A stretch of 64,000 nt of DNA from Methylomicrobium sp. (GTDB lineage Bacteria > Pseudomonadota > Gammaproteobacteria > Methylococcales > Methylomonadaceae), in contig JBPFEE010000031.1 of NCBI GenBank assembly GCA_051061095.1, forward strand, positions 50,501 through 114,500, given 5' to 3'. Both the position numbers and the translations under genes were made by a program. Below, piece by piece: positions 1 to 10,926 of this stretch (within the stretch, counting starts at the first letter, position 1; each line of letters begins with the position of its first letter). The notes under the pieces are model-generated. The model did no database searches and was not told the DNA's origin. It saw only the letters and a list, made by a program, of their open reading frames with translations.

Positions 1-140
1 AAAATATGCTTTAGATGGAAATAATGAGGATTTTCTGATCGTCGAGCATGTCGACAATAGGGTTTGCCCGCCTGTGCTCGGCTTACAAGGCGGCGACCCC
101 AAAAATATTCTCGATGCCAAAATCGTTTTATTTCAATATT

Positions 141-689
141 ATGGCTCTACTCATTCATAAAACGCCGGATTGCGGCAAAAAAGAAAATGGCACGGCGATG
201 GCCGAGTTTGCGATCATTCTGCCTTTATTATTGCTGATCATCGTCGGCGTGCTGGAAATCGGGATCATCCTGATTCAGGACAATACCCTGAATAAATCGG
301 TCAGGGATTCCGCGCGCTACCTGTCGAGCACTTGGGGAGCCAGCGGCTGCTATAAAAATATTGCCGAAATTGTGATCAAAGACAATATGAACAACATGTT
401 TACCTCCACTTATACGGATTCACAATTCAACGATGGGGTAGATACGATTACCATGCAGTATGTCTGCATCGATGAAACCAGCCCAGCGGGGACACAAATC
501 GGCTCCCCTTCTACATCCGCAGTCAATGATGACTGCACGTCCACTGTCGCTAATTTCTGCACGGTGGCAAACGGTCATATCCATGTCAAGGCTTCGGCCA
601 CGTTCAGACATCAGATGATCATTCCTGGCCTGATGGGATTAAGTTTTACGCCCACATTAACCGCAACCGAAACCATGCGAGTGCAATAA
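141..689 (+). CDS. TadE/TadG-like Flp pseudopilin
   Basis: Prepilin-type motif G-TAMAEF followed by a hydrophobic helix and the TadE-like segment LNKSVRDSARY; Tad context. ORF track starts at 48; in-frame ATG 141 is more plausible. Confidence 0.85.
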   Translation: MALLIHKTPDCGKKENGTAMAEFAIILPLLLLIIVGVLEIGIILIQDNTLNKSVRDSARYLSSTWGASGCYKNIAEIVIKDNMNNMFTSTYTDSQFNDGVDTITMQYVCIDETSPAGTQIGSPSTSAVNDDCTSTVANFCTVANGHIHVKASATFRHQMIIPGLMGLSFTPTLTATETMRVQ

Positions 690-1264
690 TGAAATCTCAA
701 CGCGGGGCCGCCTTACCCGAATTCGCATTAATCGGATTATTATTTTTTACGCTGCTGTTTAGCGCTATTGAAGTCGGGCGCTGGCTGTATACCTGGAACA
801 CATTGGTCGAAGCGACGCGCCGCGGTGCGCGGATCGCGGCCGTCTGCCCGCTTTTCGATGATTATATTAAAATAGCCACTGTGTTTGGCACTCCAAGTCA
901 GAGCCGGCCTATTGCCGATCAGAATAGCCCCGTAGTCGGGGGGTTGAACTCATCCCAAGTTACAATAGCCTATTATTCGATAGATGATGCTACGAATACA
1001 ACCAAATACGTAGATTTAACAACTGCGAATGCCAACATAGCAAAGATTAAACTGGTCGAAGTCGGCCTCACTTTAAATGCCAATAACTGGAATTACCGCT
1101 TTATCGCCCCCATCGTAGGCGATATTCTAGGAGACTCAAATAATAATCATATTCTTTTTCCGCCGTCAGTTAGCACCACATTGCCCATTGAAAGCCTGGG
1201 CGACCGCCAAATACTCAGCGGCGGTTCTGCCGCTAATTTCAACAAATGCGGTGAAGCTATGTAG
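689..1264 (+). CDS. TadE-like Flp pseudopilin
   Basis: QRG-AALPEF cleavage motif, TM helix, EATRRGARIA motif; start overlaps the upstream stop (TAATG). Confidence 0.88.
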   Translation: MKSQRGAALPEFALIGLLFFTLLFSAIEVGRWLYTWNTLVEATRRGARIAAVCPLFDDYIKIATVFGTPSQSRPIADQNSPVVGGLNSSQVTIAYYSIDDATNTTKYVDLTTANANIAKIKLVEVGLTLNANNWNYRFIAPIVGDILGDSNNNHILFPPSVSTTLPIESLGDRQILSGGSAANFNKCGEAM

Positions 1265-1694
1265 GGCAGGCTGTAGGACAAGGCAATGTAACTGAATCAG
1301 GGAGCAGGAAACTCGGCACAGTAATAATCGACTTTGTTTGATTGGTCACGACGCACACCATCCCGAAACGATAAATTATCAGAGATCGATAATTGAACGA
1401 AAAATTTCGGATAATTTATTCTAAATACCTCTGCCGTTTTCTCTTTCTGAAACGCACAACCTGACTGGATAACAACTTCAAGGATATGGCTTATGATCAG
1501 TGTGTGCAGCTTATAGACAAAAAAAATGTTTTATTTCGACTCGCTAAAGAAAACCGAAGTATCAATCTTACTCTTATCAACCAAATTTTTTATTTCCTTG
1601 CGCTTTTCTTTAAGCAAATGTGCGTTTTTCGGTGACCCGCTGACTATAATATAGCTATATCACTATGAACTTATTTAATACAATTTAGGAAATC

Positions 1695-2882
1695 ATGCAA
1701 AAAGACGCCATTACAATACAAATTCTAGGCGGTAATACTCCTAAACTTACTCAGCATAGAACCCAAATCTCAACATTGTTGAACAAGGAAATCACGACGG
1801 TTCAAGTCGATCCATCGGCGCCGCCCGGATTACTTTTTAAGGATAAAAAACTCCCCAGCATTCTGATTTTTTTGCTGGATCATTTTACGATCGATGCATT
1901 GAACCAGTTGACCGCGCTCCCTGCCGCCATAAGACCTGCGTTGCTGGTAATCGCCGAAGACAACAATAGTCAAATGATGCGCTTGGCGATGCAAGCCGGA
2001 GCCCGCGATTTTTTCACCGAACCGGTCGACAGACAGGAAATACACAAGGCCTTAAGCCAGATCATTTTTGATCTTCGGCGCGGCCACTCGCAACAAGGAA
2101 CATTAACCACGATACTGAATGCCAAAGGCGGCTCGGGCGGAAGTTTTATCGCCTGTAACCTGGCCCATACCGCATCCATAGTCTCCGACTCCAGCGTTGT
2201 ATTGATGGATTTTGATTTGCAATTCGGCAGCCAGTCATTGAATCTGGACTTAAGGCCTCGGCACACAATTGTCGAGGCAATCAGCGACATTAACAAATTG
2301 GATTTCGACGCCATTGACGGATATATGGTGAAGCACAACAGCGGATTGCGTTTATTATCGACGATGCATGAACAGGTGGTGTTACCGGGTGAAGTCGACC
2401 TGGATAATCTTGATCACTTGCTAACGATGATGATCAGTAATTATGACCGGATATTCGTAGATATTCCTCGTCAAATCGACCCCGTATCGGCCACGATACT
2501 CGAAAGATCGGATCAAATCCTTATCGTCTTGCAGCAAAGCCTTGCGCATATGCGTGATGCGCAACGGCTGATCCGGATATTGAAATCCGAACTCAATATC
2601 TCCGACAAGAATATTCAGATTGTGATTAACCGTTTTGATCCGAAAAGCAACCTGCAGCCGAAGGATATTCAGGCGACGCTCGCATGCGCTTCGTTTTTTG
2701 TAATTCCTAATGATTTTGAAACCGTATCGCAATCCACTAATCTTGGCAGACCCGTTTTTGATTATGCACGTAACTCGGCAATTACCACAGCAATAATCGC
2801 TTTGGCCGAAGAGTTGAACGTCAAAGTCAAAGAAGCATATAAAGAACAAAGTTTTTTTAAGAAGTTATTGAAAATAAAATAA
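1695..2882 (+). CDS. cpaE: CpaE/TadZ pilus localisation protein (receiver-like + MinD/ParA-like ATPase)
   Basis: AMQAGARDF receiver-like segment, deviant Walker A AKGGSGGS, DFDLQFG motif; directly upstream of tadA. Confidence 0.88.
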   Translation: MQKDAITIQILGGNTPKLTQHRTQISTLLNKEITTVQVDPSAPPGLLFKDKKLPSILIFLLDHFTIDALNQLTALPAAIRPALLVIAEDNNSQMMRLAMQAGARDFFTEPVDRQEIHKALSQIIFDLRRGHSQQGTLTTILNAKGGSGGSFIACNLAHTASIVSDSSVVLMDFDLQFGSQSLNLDLRPRHTIVEAISDINKLDFDAIDGYMVKHNSGLRLLSTMHEQVVLPGEVDLDNLDHLLTMMISNYDRIFVDIPRQIDPVSATILERSDQILIVLQQSLAHMRDAQRLIRILKSELNISDKNIQIVINRFDPKSNLQPKDIQATLACASFFVIPNDFETVSQSTNLGRPVFDYARNSAITTAIIALAEELNVKVKEAYKEQSFFKKLLKIK

Positions 2883-2966
2883 TAGAAAATTCTTGTAGCG
2901 GATGAGCTATTGGTATTTAATCTCTGTGTTCAACCGCTTTAGTCGTTACTTACCAAGAGAACTGCT

Positions 2967-4385
2967 GTGAACCTAAAAAGCCGTATCCAAAATTACTCCA
3001 ATCTTAATAATAATGGCGGTAAGACGATTATTGCGAAAGACAATACTGCCGCTTCGACTCCCGCCGAATCGAACAATGCCGTTCCGCCTCTCACTTTTGA
3101 GCTTCTGACCTCGAAGGAGATGGAATACAAAGAAAAGATTCACGAAAAATTGATGGAAATTCTCGATCTTTCGCTAATCGTCAAAATGGGGAATGCCGAT
3201 GCACGCAAGCAAATCAGCGACATTGCCCGGCGCATCATAGACGATGATTCGTCGCCGATTGTCGCCCGCTCCCGCCAATTGATTGTGAATGAAGTGGTCA
3301 ATGACATCCTTGGCTTGGGCCCCCTGGAGCATTTGCTTTACGAACCAACCATTTCCGATATTTTAGTCAACGGATATGGTTCAATTTACATTGAACGTTT
3401 CGGCAAAATCGAAAAAACACCGATTACTTTTAAGGATGATGCCCATTTGTTAAAGGTCATCGACAGGATCGTGACAGGGGTAGGCAGGCGTATCGATGAA
3501 TCTTCTCCCCTCGTCGATGCACGACTCAAGGACGGATCGCGTGTGAATGCAATCATTCCTCCCCTTGCAATCGACGGGCCGTCCTTGTCAATTCGGAGAT
3601 TTACTCAGGATAAAATACAGTTACAGGATATGGTCAATATTGGTACATTAAGCGAACCGATGGCCGAGGTATTTGCCAATATTGTCAAAGTCAGGATGAA
3701 TATCCTCATTTCAGGGGGTACCGGGTCGGGTAAAACGACCATGCTCAATGCGATGTCGAACAACATTCCCAAAAGCGAGCGTGTTGTAACGATCGAAGAT
3801 TCTGCCGAGTTGCAATTGAAAATGGATAACCTGGTTCGCCTGGAAACCCGTCCGCCCAATATTGAAGGCAAAGGCGAAGTCAATCAGCGCGATCTGGTCA
3901 GAAACAGCTTGCGGATGCGCCCCGACCGCATCGTCATCGGAGAAGTTCGCGGACAAGAAGCGTTCGACATGCTCCAGGCAATGAATACCGGCCATGACGG
4001 TTCTTTAACCACAATCCATGCAAACTCCCCCCGCGATGCGCTTTCTCGGGTCGAAAATATGGTGACAATGGCAGGGTTCGACTTGCCCGTGAAAACGATT
4101 CGTTCTCAAATCGCCTCCGCGATCAATGTTGTGGTGCAATTGGAGAGAATGGAAGACGGCAGAAGACGCGTCATCAGCGTATGCGAGATCAACAGCATGG
4201 AAGGCGATGTGATTACCATGTCGGAAATTTTCCGCTTCGAACGCCGGGGCATCGATGAGAACGGCAATATCATCGGCCAGTTTATTTCCACAGGAATCGT
4301 GCCTAGATTCCACGAACGGATGAAACAAAGAGGCATCAATATAAGCCTGAATGTTTATACCGATCAGACATTCAATAGTTTATGA
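2967..4385 (+). CDS. tadA: TadA/CpaF pilus assembly ATPase
   Basis: Walker [40 protein letters not shown]. Confidence 0.96.
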   Translation: MNLKSRIQNYSNLNNNGGKTIIAKDNTAASTPAESNNAVPPLTFELLTSKEMEYKEKIHEKLMEILDLSLIVKMGNADARKQISDIARRIIDDDSSPIVARSRQLIVNEVVNDILGLGPLEHLLYEPTISDILVNGYGSIYIERFGKIEKTPITFKDDAHLLKVIDRIVTGVGRRIDESSPLVDARLKDGSRVNAIIPPLAIDGPSLSIRRFTQDKIQLQDMVNIGTLSEPMAEVFANIVKVRMNILISGGTGSGKTTMLNAMSNNIPKSERVVTIEDSAELQLKMDNLVRLETRPPNIEGKGEVNQRDLVRNSLRMRPDRIVIGEVRGQEAFDMLQAMNTGHDGSLTTIHANSPRDALSRVENMVTMAGFDLPVKTIRSQIASAINVVVQLERMEDGRRRVISVCEINSMEGDVITMSEIFRFERRGIDENGNIIGQFISTGIVPRFHERMKQRGINISLNVYTDQTFNSL

Positions 4386-4394
4386 GGATGGGCA

Positions 4395-5372
4395 ATGGAT
4401 AAAAATACACTGATTATTTTCCTGATTCTGGTGGCTGGATCCGTATTTATATTGTCGCAATTGATCCTGGTGCCGTCTTTTGGCACCCGATCGGTCGAAA
4501 GCCGCAAGATTAGAGAGCGGCTTAAAAAAGTCACCGAAATTGGAGGCAACAAAGGCGAATACTCGTTAGTCAGGCAAAAATACTTAAAAGAATTATCCCC
4601 TTTCGAACGATTTCTGGAAACCTTACCTGGAACGGAAGCAATCGATGATTTAATTCAACAAAGCGGCAAACAATATCCGGCTTACCTCATCACTCTATCG
4701 ACTGCTCTAATCGCTTTACTGACAGCGGGCATTACGTGGTATTTTACCGCCAATCTTATCGCAGCTCTGGTAGCTGCCGCTTTTGCCGCATCCCTCCCCT
4801 ATCTGAAGTTAAAAAGCGACCGGAAAAAACGTCTTGAGCTTTTTGAAGAACAACTGCCGGAAGCGCTGGACATGATGACCCGAGCACTACGAGCAGGCTA
4901 TCCGTTTAATGAAGCAATGCATTATATTGCTCAAGAAATGCAGGACCCTATTGCCACAGAATTCAGCATAACGTTTGAAGAAATTAACTATGGTCGCGAT
5001 GTCCGGCAAGCTTTTAATTATTTACTAATGCGGGTGCCCAGCGTCAATTTGATTGCCGCCACCACAGCCATTCTGATTCAGCGCGAAACCGGCGGCAATT
5101 TAGCGGAATTACTCGATAAAACCAGTGATTTATTAAGAAAACGATTCCGCTTTCAGCGTCGAGTCAAAACCATTACTGCGGAAAACCGAATGTCCGCCTG
5201 GGTGCTTTCCTTATTACCTTTTGTGGTTTTTTTAGTCATTGCGCTGCGGTCCCCCGGCTATGTAAAGCCGTTATTCGACACGGAAGTGGGAAATTATCTG
5301 CTCGGCGTAGGACTGGTTCTGCAAGTTATCGGGGCCTTATGGGTGCGCAAACAAATCAACTTTGATATTTAG
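4395..5372 (+). CDS. tadB: TadB inner-membrane platform protein (T2SS F domain)
   Basis: FEEQLPEALDMMTRALRAG and IQRETGGNLAE motifs; position after tadA. Confidence 0.93.
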   Translation: MDKNTLIIFLILVAGSVFILSQLILVPSFGTRSVESRKIRERLKKVTEIGGNKGEYSLVRQKYLKELSPFERFLETLPGTEAIDDLIQQSGKQYPAYLITLSTALIALLTAGITWYFTANLIAALVAAAFAASLPYLKLKSDRKKRLELFEEQLPEALDMMTRALRAGYPFNEAMHYIAQEMQDPIATEFSITFEEINYGRDVRQAFNYLLMRVPSVNLIAATTAILIQRETGGNLAELLDKTSDLLRKRFRFQRRVKTITAENRMSAWVLSLLPFVVFLVIALRSPGYVKPLFDTEVGNYLLGVGLVLQVIGALWVRKQINFDI

Positions 5373-5380
5373 GCTCGTTT

Positions 5381-6334
5381 ATGGACCAACTTTTACAATT
5401 CATCATTTCGATCTCGGGCAATGAAATCAACGGACGATGGATCGCTATCGGTTTGTTTGGCGGCGCAACCTTTGCACTGGTCGTTGCCCTCTATTTTCTG
5501 ATTTTCGGTCTCTATAATCCGGTCAGAACGAGGTTGTATTCGATTACCGGATCAAATAAACAAGACAATTATTTTCGCAATGCCACAGAACATTTGGGCC
5601 AATATTTCGTTATTAGAGAACGGGCGGGAGAAAAGCTGAGTTATGACCGTGAGCGTCTGTTACAAGCCGGTTATCACGATAAAAACAGCCTCGCACGGTA
5701 TTATGGTATCAAGATAGTATTAATGCTGGGCCTGCCGCTGCTGATTTTTTTCGCCAGCACCATTTTCTTGCCGACAATCAGCTCAAATAATTTATTGATT
5801 TTGACTGTCGCGGGTGTGATGGCCGGCCTGATTGGCCCCAGTTTTTATTTGGATAGCAAGCTTGAGACGAGACAACGCACCATCAGAAATTCATTTCCGG
5901 ATATTGTCGACCAATTGGTCGTTTGTACCGAGGCCGGGCTTGGACTCGATGCGGGCCTGCAGCGTGTCTCCAAAGATGCGGCTTTAAGCAATGAAATCAT
6001 GGCCTATGAGATGGGCTTGGTAAACGCTGAATTAAGAGCGGGCGTTTCCCGCGAGCAAGCATTGAAAAACCTGGTGACACGCACGGGTGTCGAAGAAATA
6101 CGCGGGCTTGCCTCCGCACTGTCGCAGAGCATGCGTTTTGGTACGAGTATCGGCAATACCTTGCGCGTTTTTGCCGAAGACCTCCGTGATAAACGCATGC
6201 AAAGAGCCGAGGAGGAGGCTGCAAAACTTGCAGTCAAGATGCTGTTTCCCTTGGCTTTTTGCTTTTTTCCAGGAATTTTTATCGTTATTCTTGGTCCTGC
6301 TTCGATATCAATTTATGAAGCTTTCTCTCATTAA
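5381..6334 (+). CDS. tadC: TadC inner-membrane platform protein (T2SS F domain)
   Basis: FPDIVDQLVVCTEAGLGLD and RMQRAEEEAAKLAVKMLFPL motifs. Confidence 0.93.
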   Translation: MDQLLQFIISISGNEINGRWIAIGLFGGATFALVVALYFLIFGLYNPVRTRLYSITGSNKQDNYFRNATEHLGQYFVIRERAGEKLSYDRERLLQAGYHDKNSLARYYGIKIVLMLGLPLLIFFASTIFLPTISSNNLLILTVAGVMAGLIGPSFYLDSKLETRQRTIRNSFPDIVDQLVVCTEAGLGLDAGLQRVSKDAALSNEIMAYEMGLVNAELRAGVSREQALKNLVTRTGVEEIRGLASALSQSMRFGTSIGNTLRVFAEDLRDKRMQRAEEEAAKLAVKMLFPLAFCFFPGIFIVILGPASISIYEAFSH

Positions 6335-6351
6335 ACAAATTTTCATTCATT

Positions 6352-8298
6352 ATGCCATCCGCAAAAATCTATACAGCGGTTTTATCCTGTATAACTGCAT
6401 TTATATTGTGCGCCTGTAATACCCAGCCGGTAAAATCCAAACTAAACAGCTCAGGCGATAATACCGACAATATCCTCAATCTGCTTGACCCATCGGTTAC
6501 TACTGAAACAGAAGCATTTGCTTTGGGCGAAGCGGCATTGGCCGAAGGGAAAACGGACAATGCGCTTTTCTATTATGTAAAGACCTTGCAATACAATAAA
6601 AAAAATATTAAAGCACTCGAAAAAATCGCGGTCATTCATAGCCAGGGGAAACATCCTGAATTAGCTCGAAAAGTTTATCAGGATATTTTATCCCTTAATA
6701 ATACCCATCCCATGGCTAATGAATATATAGGATTATATCTTCTCGAAAACGGTAATACGGCTCAGGCCAAGAGTTATTTAACTCAGGCAGTAAAACACGG
6801 CAACCGCCAATGGAAATCGCATAACGGTCTTGGAGTTATCGCCGATCTCGAACACAATAGCGCTGAAGGAATTGCTCATTATGAAGCGGCTGCAGCGATT
6901 GAGCCAACCAATCCTATGATATTAAATAATGTGGGGTATTCTTATTATCTCGCCGGCGAAGATACCAAGGCCAAACATTTTTTTAATCAAGCATTAAGTT
7001 TTGATAGCAAATACAATAGGGCCATTCATAACCTCGCGCTGATCGAGATAAAACGCGGCGCTTTTCCGGCTGCTATTGCCTTATTCAACCGGATAATGTC
7101 TCCGCATGAGGCCTTTAATAATACGGGTTATATCTGCATGTTGAATGGCCAATACGACGTTGCCGAAGAGTATTTCCAAAGAGCAATTGACGAGTCGCCG
7201 GTGTATTTTCCTAAAGCCCAGGAAAATATGGACACGCTTTTGACGTTGAAGAAAACCCGCGGTCCTTATCAAGCGCCTACGGAAGAGCCTTATCAAACCG
7301 AGTCCACTCCCGAAATTGAGCCTACTGTTTCCTCGGAGCCTCCTGATGAATCCCTGAAACCGGAGTTACAAGCCCAAAAAGTCGAAACAACGGAAACGCC
7401 GGCAGCGCAGAAAAATAAAAAGAGCACCCTGATTAAAAAAGAAGGCTCCCAAACCGCCAAACCGAAGCAGCTCGCCGCCAAAACCGATAAAAAAAAAAGT
7501 CGGCCTGAAGCAGCACCTGTCGTAAAGCCGGAAGCTTCCGAGAGGGGTATCGGAAAGACAAAAGCGGTTACCCAAAAAATCGAAAAACTACCTGCCGTCA
7601 ATACGGCCAAGCAAAAAAACCAGGATGCAACGCCACCCGTTCAGGAAGTCAACAATAAAACGGCAAACGAAGACATTGCGTCCGCCCCGAAACCCGAAGC
7701 AGGCAAACCCGCGCCGAGCACCGAACCGCCGAAACCCATAGAACAGGCAAAAGCTGCGGAATTACCTAAACCTGGCCCGGCCGCTTTGCCTGATTCCAAC
7801 AAACCTTCGGCGCCAACACTTACGGCGAATGCGAAGGCAAGCTTGCCGGCTCAAGTTGAAAACACACTTCCTTCAGAAAAAGCCGCACCCGTTATTTCAA
7901 AGGCTGCCGAAGCCAAACCTGAAACTCGCCCGGAATCGGCCACCCCAATAGAACCAACGAAAGTCCCGCCCACCCCAAAAACAAATGCAGTCACACCTGC
8001 CATCGCTGAAACGCCTGCAGAACCTAAATCGGTTAATTCACCTGGGCTTCAAGAGAAGATACCGACTTCAGAAAATAAAACGAATACGCCGCCATCCGGT
8101 ATCGGTAAGGCACAACAGCCAGCCGTTAATTCCGAAATAAAAACACAGCCCCAACCTTCAGTTAAACCAGATGCGCTTGCCAATCCTAGCAAGATGGCGC
8201 CGAAACCGAAGGAAATCTCCGAAAATCATTCGCCCCTACCGCCAGTAAAGAAAAACGAAACTTCTGGCGGCGATATCAAGGCCCCTAATCAAAAATGA
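6352..8298 (+). CDS. tadD: TadD-like TPR lipoprotein with long Pro/Ala/Lys/Glu-rich C-terminal tail
   Basis: Lipobox-like ILCAC, several TPRs (NGLGVIAD, NNVGYSYYL, NNTGYICML), then a low-complexity tail; follows tadC. Confidence 0.8.
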   Translation: MPSAKIYTAVLSCITAFILCACNTQPVKSKLNSSGDNTDNILNLLDPSVTTETEAFALGEAALAEGKTDNALFYYVKTLQYNKKNIKALEKIAVIHSQGKHPELARKVYQDILSLNNTHPMANEYIGLYLLENGNTAQAKSYLTQAVKHGNRQWKSHNGLGVIADLEHNSAEGIAHYEAAAAIEPTNPMILNNVGYSYYLAGEDTKAKHFFNQALSFDSKYNRAIHNLALIEIKRGAFPAAIALFNRIMSPHEAFNNTGYICMLNGQYDVAEEYFQRAIDESPVYFPKAQENMDTLLTLKKTRGPYQAPTEEPYQTESTPEIEPTVSSEPPDESLKPELQAQKVETTETPAAQKNKKSTLIKKEGSQTAKPKQLAAKTDKKKSRPEAAPVVKPEASERGIGKTKAVTQKIEKLPAVNTAKQKNQDATPPVQEVNNKTANEDIASAPKPEAGKPAPSTEPPKPIEQAKAAELPKPGPAALPDSNKPSAPTLTANAKASLPAQVENTLPSEKAAPVISKAAEAKPETRPESATPIEPTKVPPTPKTNAVTPAIAETPAEPKSVNSPGLQEKIPTSENKTNTPPSGIGKAQQPAVNSEIKTQPQPSVKPDALANPSKMAPKPKEISENHSPLPPVKKNETSGGDIKAPNQK

Positions 8299-8392
8299 AA
8301 CGTGTGGCGGAGCTCGTCGAACTAGAGGCGGACGAAATTATTCATTGCTGCCTCGACCACACCACACAGTATCGGCCTAACAGAAGCTACCT

Positions 8393-8899
8393 TTATGGCT
8401 TAACCGCCAATGCGGACAAAGCCATCTCATAATCCGGCTCGCTGGCCAGTTCTTCAACCAACTGGCTGTAAATCACCCTATCGTTCTCGTCGAGGATAAT
8501 CACGGCTCTGGCCGTCAAACCCGCCAATAAGCTGTCGGTCAGTTTAACGCCGTAATCGTCCGCGAAACTCGACCGGAAAGTCGACAGCGGAACCACATTT
8601 TTAAGGCCTTCGGTTTCACAGAATCGGCATTGCGCGAACGGCAGATCGGCGGAAATCACAAGCACGACCGTATTCGGAAGATTTGCCGCTTTCTGATTGA
8701 ATTTGCGGGTCGAGATCGCGCAGGTCGGAGTGTCCAGGCTGGGGACGATATGCAGCACTTTTCGCTTGCCTGCGTAGGCCGACAGACCGACATCCTTCAA
8801 TTTGCCGTTTACCAATAAAAAATCGGGGGCTTTGCTGCCGACGGCGGGAAGTTCGCCGGAAGTATGTAAAGGTTTGCCTTGAAACGTGATAGTTGCCAT
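8393..8899 (-). CDS. tpx: Thiol peroxidase (atypical 2-Cys peroxiredoxin)
   Basis: VPSLDTPTC and [12 protein letters not shown] motifs. Confidence 0.95.
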   Translation of the reverse strand: MATITFQGKPLHTSGELPAVGSKAPDFLLVNGKLKDVGLSAYAGKRKVLHIVPSLDTPTCAISTRKFNQKAANLPNTVVLVISADLPFAQCRFCETEGLKNVVPLSTFRSSFADDYGVKLTDSLLAGLTARAVIILDENDRVIYSQLVEELASEPDYEMALSALAVKP

Positions 8900-8930
8900 A
8901 TCGTTCTATGATTTCTGATATAGGTTTACT

Positions 8931-9009
8931 GTCGGGTTACACCGCGTTAACCGGACCTACGGATTACTTAGCTTTAGTGTCAGGTTTACGCTACGCTAAC
9001 ACACCCTAC
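8931..9009. repeat. Two degenerate GTAG-type REP-like hairpins
   Basis: gtcgggttacaccgcgttaaccggacctac (8931-8960) and gtcaggtttacgctacgctaacacaccctac (8979-9009), both ending in CTAC. Confidence 0.55.
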
Positions 9010-9079
9010 ATGCTTTTGCCAATGCTGAAGGAAAATACTGCGGACGAGAAATAGCTCGTCCGGCAAGGAAACCTTTATC

Positions 9080-9191
9080 AAATCCCCCTCGGTCCCCCTT
9101 TTTCAAAGGGGGAAGCGTGTCGTGCCCTCCTTTTTTTCTAAAGAAGGAGAGCGTATTGTCCCCCCTTTGAAAAAAGGGGTTAGGGGGATTT
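9080..9191. repeat. Inverted doublet of CCCCCTTT-GAA-AAAGGGGG hairpin repeat
   Basis: aaatccccctcggtccccctttttcaaaggggga ... tcccccctttgaaaaaaggggttagggggattt; the same family recurs at 22505-22581. Confidence 0.8.
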
Positions 9192-9331
9192 CCGAACAAA
9201 GCTTCTTGACTTAACAAACATTGAAACCGCTTCCACCCCCCCGAACCGATGAAAATCGGCTACAAGAACGACAGTGCCCCTTCGGGGAGAGGAATGCCTC
9301 TCACTTTCCGGCAGTGGGTCTTATATTTCGC

Positions 9332-10726
9332 CTACTTTTTTTCGCTTTTACGGTGTCTGACCAGACGCTTACGTTTTTCCAACTGCCGGTCGCTCATCTT
9401 GTTTTTTTGGCCTTCAAACGGATTGGCGGGCGATTTAAATTCGAGCCGGATCGGCGTGCCCTTTAACTGCAGGCGGTCGCGGAAATAGTTCATCAAAAAG
9501 CGCTTGTACGAATTCGGCAAGGCATCGGTCTGGACGCCGTGAATGATCACGAGCGGCGGGTTGCGTCCGCCCTGGTGCGCATATTTGAGCTTGATGCGCC
9601 GATTGTTGACCATCGGCGGCTGGTGCGCGTCGGTCGCTTCCTTCAGGATGCGCGTCAAAAGCGGCGTGGACATGTCCAGCATCGCGGCATTATAAAGGCT
9701 CTGCACCACGTCGAACAGCTTGCCGACGCCGCTGCCGTGCAGCGCAGAAATCGGATGTTTTTCGGCGAAATCGACAAACGGCAGTTTCAAGTCGAGTTGG
9801 CGCCTGACCGTTTCTTTCTGCTCGATGGAAAGCCCGTCCCATTTGTTCAGACCGATGATCAGCGCCCTGCCCGTTTCCAGCACCAGACCCAGCAAGTGCG
9901 CATCCTGATCGGTCACGCCTTCGCTTGCGTCGATCAGATAGATCACCACATTCGATTTTTCGATCGCCTGCAGCGATTTGATTACGCTGAATTTTTCGAT
10001 CGTTTCCGCAATCCTCGCCCGACGGCGCATGCCCGCGGTATCGATCAAAGTGAAAATCTTGCCGCCCCGTTCAAACGGAATATAAATGCTGTCGCGGGTT
10101 GTGCCGGGCTCATCGAATACCACGACCCGCTCTTCCCCGAGCAGGCGGTTGACCAGCGTCGATTTGCCGACATTCGGCCGGCCGACAATCGCGATGCTGA
10201 TGCCCTTCGGAGCCGCTTCTGGCTCCGCCTGAACGGAAGGCAATAGATGCCGGACGCCGGCCAATAAATCGGGAACGCCGCGTCCGTGCGACGCCGCGAT
10301 ATAAACCGGTTCGCCCAGCGCGAGCGCATGAAAATCGGCGGCGACCGTATTGGCGTCGATGCCGTCGATTTTATTCACGACCAGCACCACCGGTTTGCCG
10401 AGTTTTCGTAAATCTTTGGCGATCACCTCATCCGAAGCGCTCAGTCCTTCGCGCGCATCGACCAGAAAAAACACCACGTCGGCTTCTTCGAGCGCAACCT
10501 GTACCTGTTTTCGGGAAAAACTGTCGAGGCCTTCCGCATCGTCTGCGATGCCGCCCGTATCGACGACGAGACAGGCCATATCACCGTGTTTGACGCGCCC
10601 GTACTGGCGATCGCGGGTCAATCCCGGATAATCGGCAACCAGCGCCTCGCGGGTGCGGGTCAGATAATTGAATAAGGTGGACTTGCCGACGTTCGGCCGG
10701 CCGACCAGGGCGATAACGGGTAGCAT
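9332..10726 (-). CDS. der: Ribosome biogenesis GTPase Der (EngA)
   Basis: Two tandem G domains (GRPNVGKST twice; DTGG/DTAG; NKID/NKWD) and a KH-like C-terminus. Confidence 0.98.
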   Translation of the reverse strand: MLPVIALVGRPNVGKSTLFNYLTRTREALVADYPGLTRDRQYGRVKHGDMACLVVDTGGIADDAEGLDSFSRKQVQVALEEADVVFFLVDAREGLSASDEVIAKDLRKLGKPVVLVVNKIDGIDANTVAADFHALALGEPVYIAASHGRGVPDLLAGVRHLLPSVQAEPEAAPKGISIAIVGRPNVGKSTLVNRLLGEERVVVFDEPGTTRDSIYIPFERGGKIFTLIDTAGMRRRARIAETIEKFSVIKSLQAIEKSNVVIYLIDASEGVTDQDAHLLGLVLETGRALIIGLNKWDGLSIEQKETVRRQLDLKLPFVDFAEKHPISALHGSGVGKLFDVVQSLYNAAMLDMSTPLLTRILKEATDAHQPPMVNNRRIKLKYAHQGGRNPPLVIIHGVQTDALPNSYKRFLMNYFRDRLQLKGTPIRLEFKSPANPFEGQKNKMSDRQLEKRKRLVRHRKSEKK

Positions 10727-10787
10727 AATATTGAAAATGGTGAGTTATTGAAGCGTGACGGAAGGCCGAGCGAAAATACCGCATCTT

Positions 10788-10920
10788 GGCGGATAAGCGC
10801 AACGCATCCGCCGGGCAGACGATATCTTTTCTGGAATAAGGTTGCCGTAGGGTACGCTGCGCGTACCATTTAAAAATTATCAGCCGAACCAGCCTAAAAG
10901 GTACGCATAGCGTAGCCTAC
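10788..10920. repeat. REP hairpin plus GTAG-type REP doublet (REPIN-like)
   Basis: ggcggataagcgcaacgcatccgcc (10788-10812); gtagggtacgctgcgcgtacc (10847-10867) inverted against ggtacgcatagcgtagcctac (10900-10920). Confidence 0.8.
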
Positions 10921-10926
10921 ATGGCT

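Noticed and set aside
1265-1694. Possible c-di-GMP riboswitch in the gap before cpaE (ggtcacg...ccatcccgaaa)
   Set aside because: The downstream GACGCAAA and second stem are absent; looks like an AT-rich promoter region.
8996-9217. 73-aa ORF with PPLKKGDRGG-type peptide
   Set aside because: Translation of the hairpin repeat at 9080-9191.
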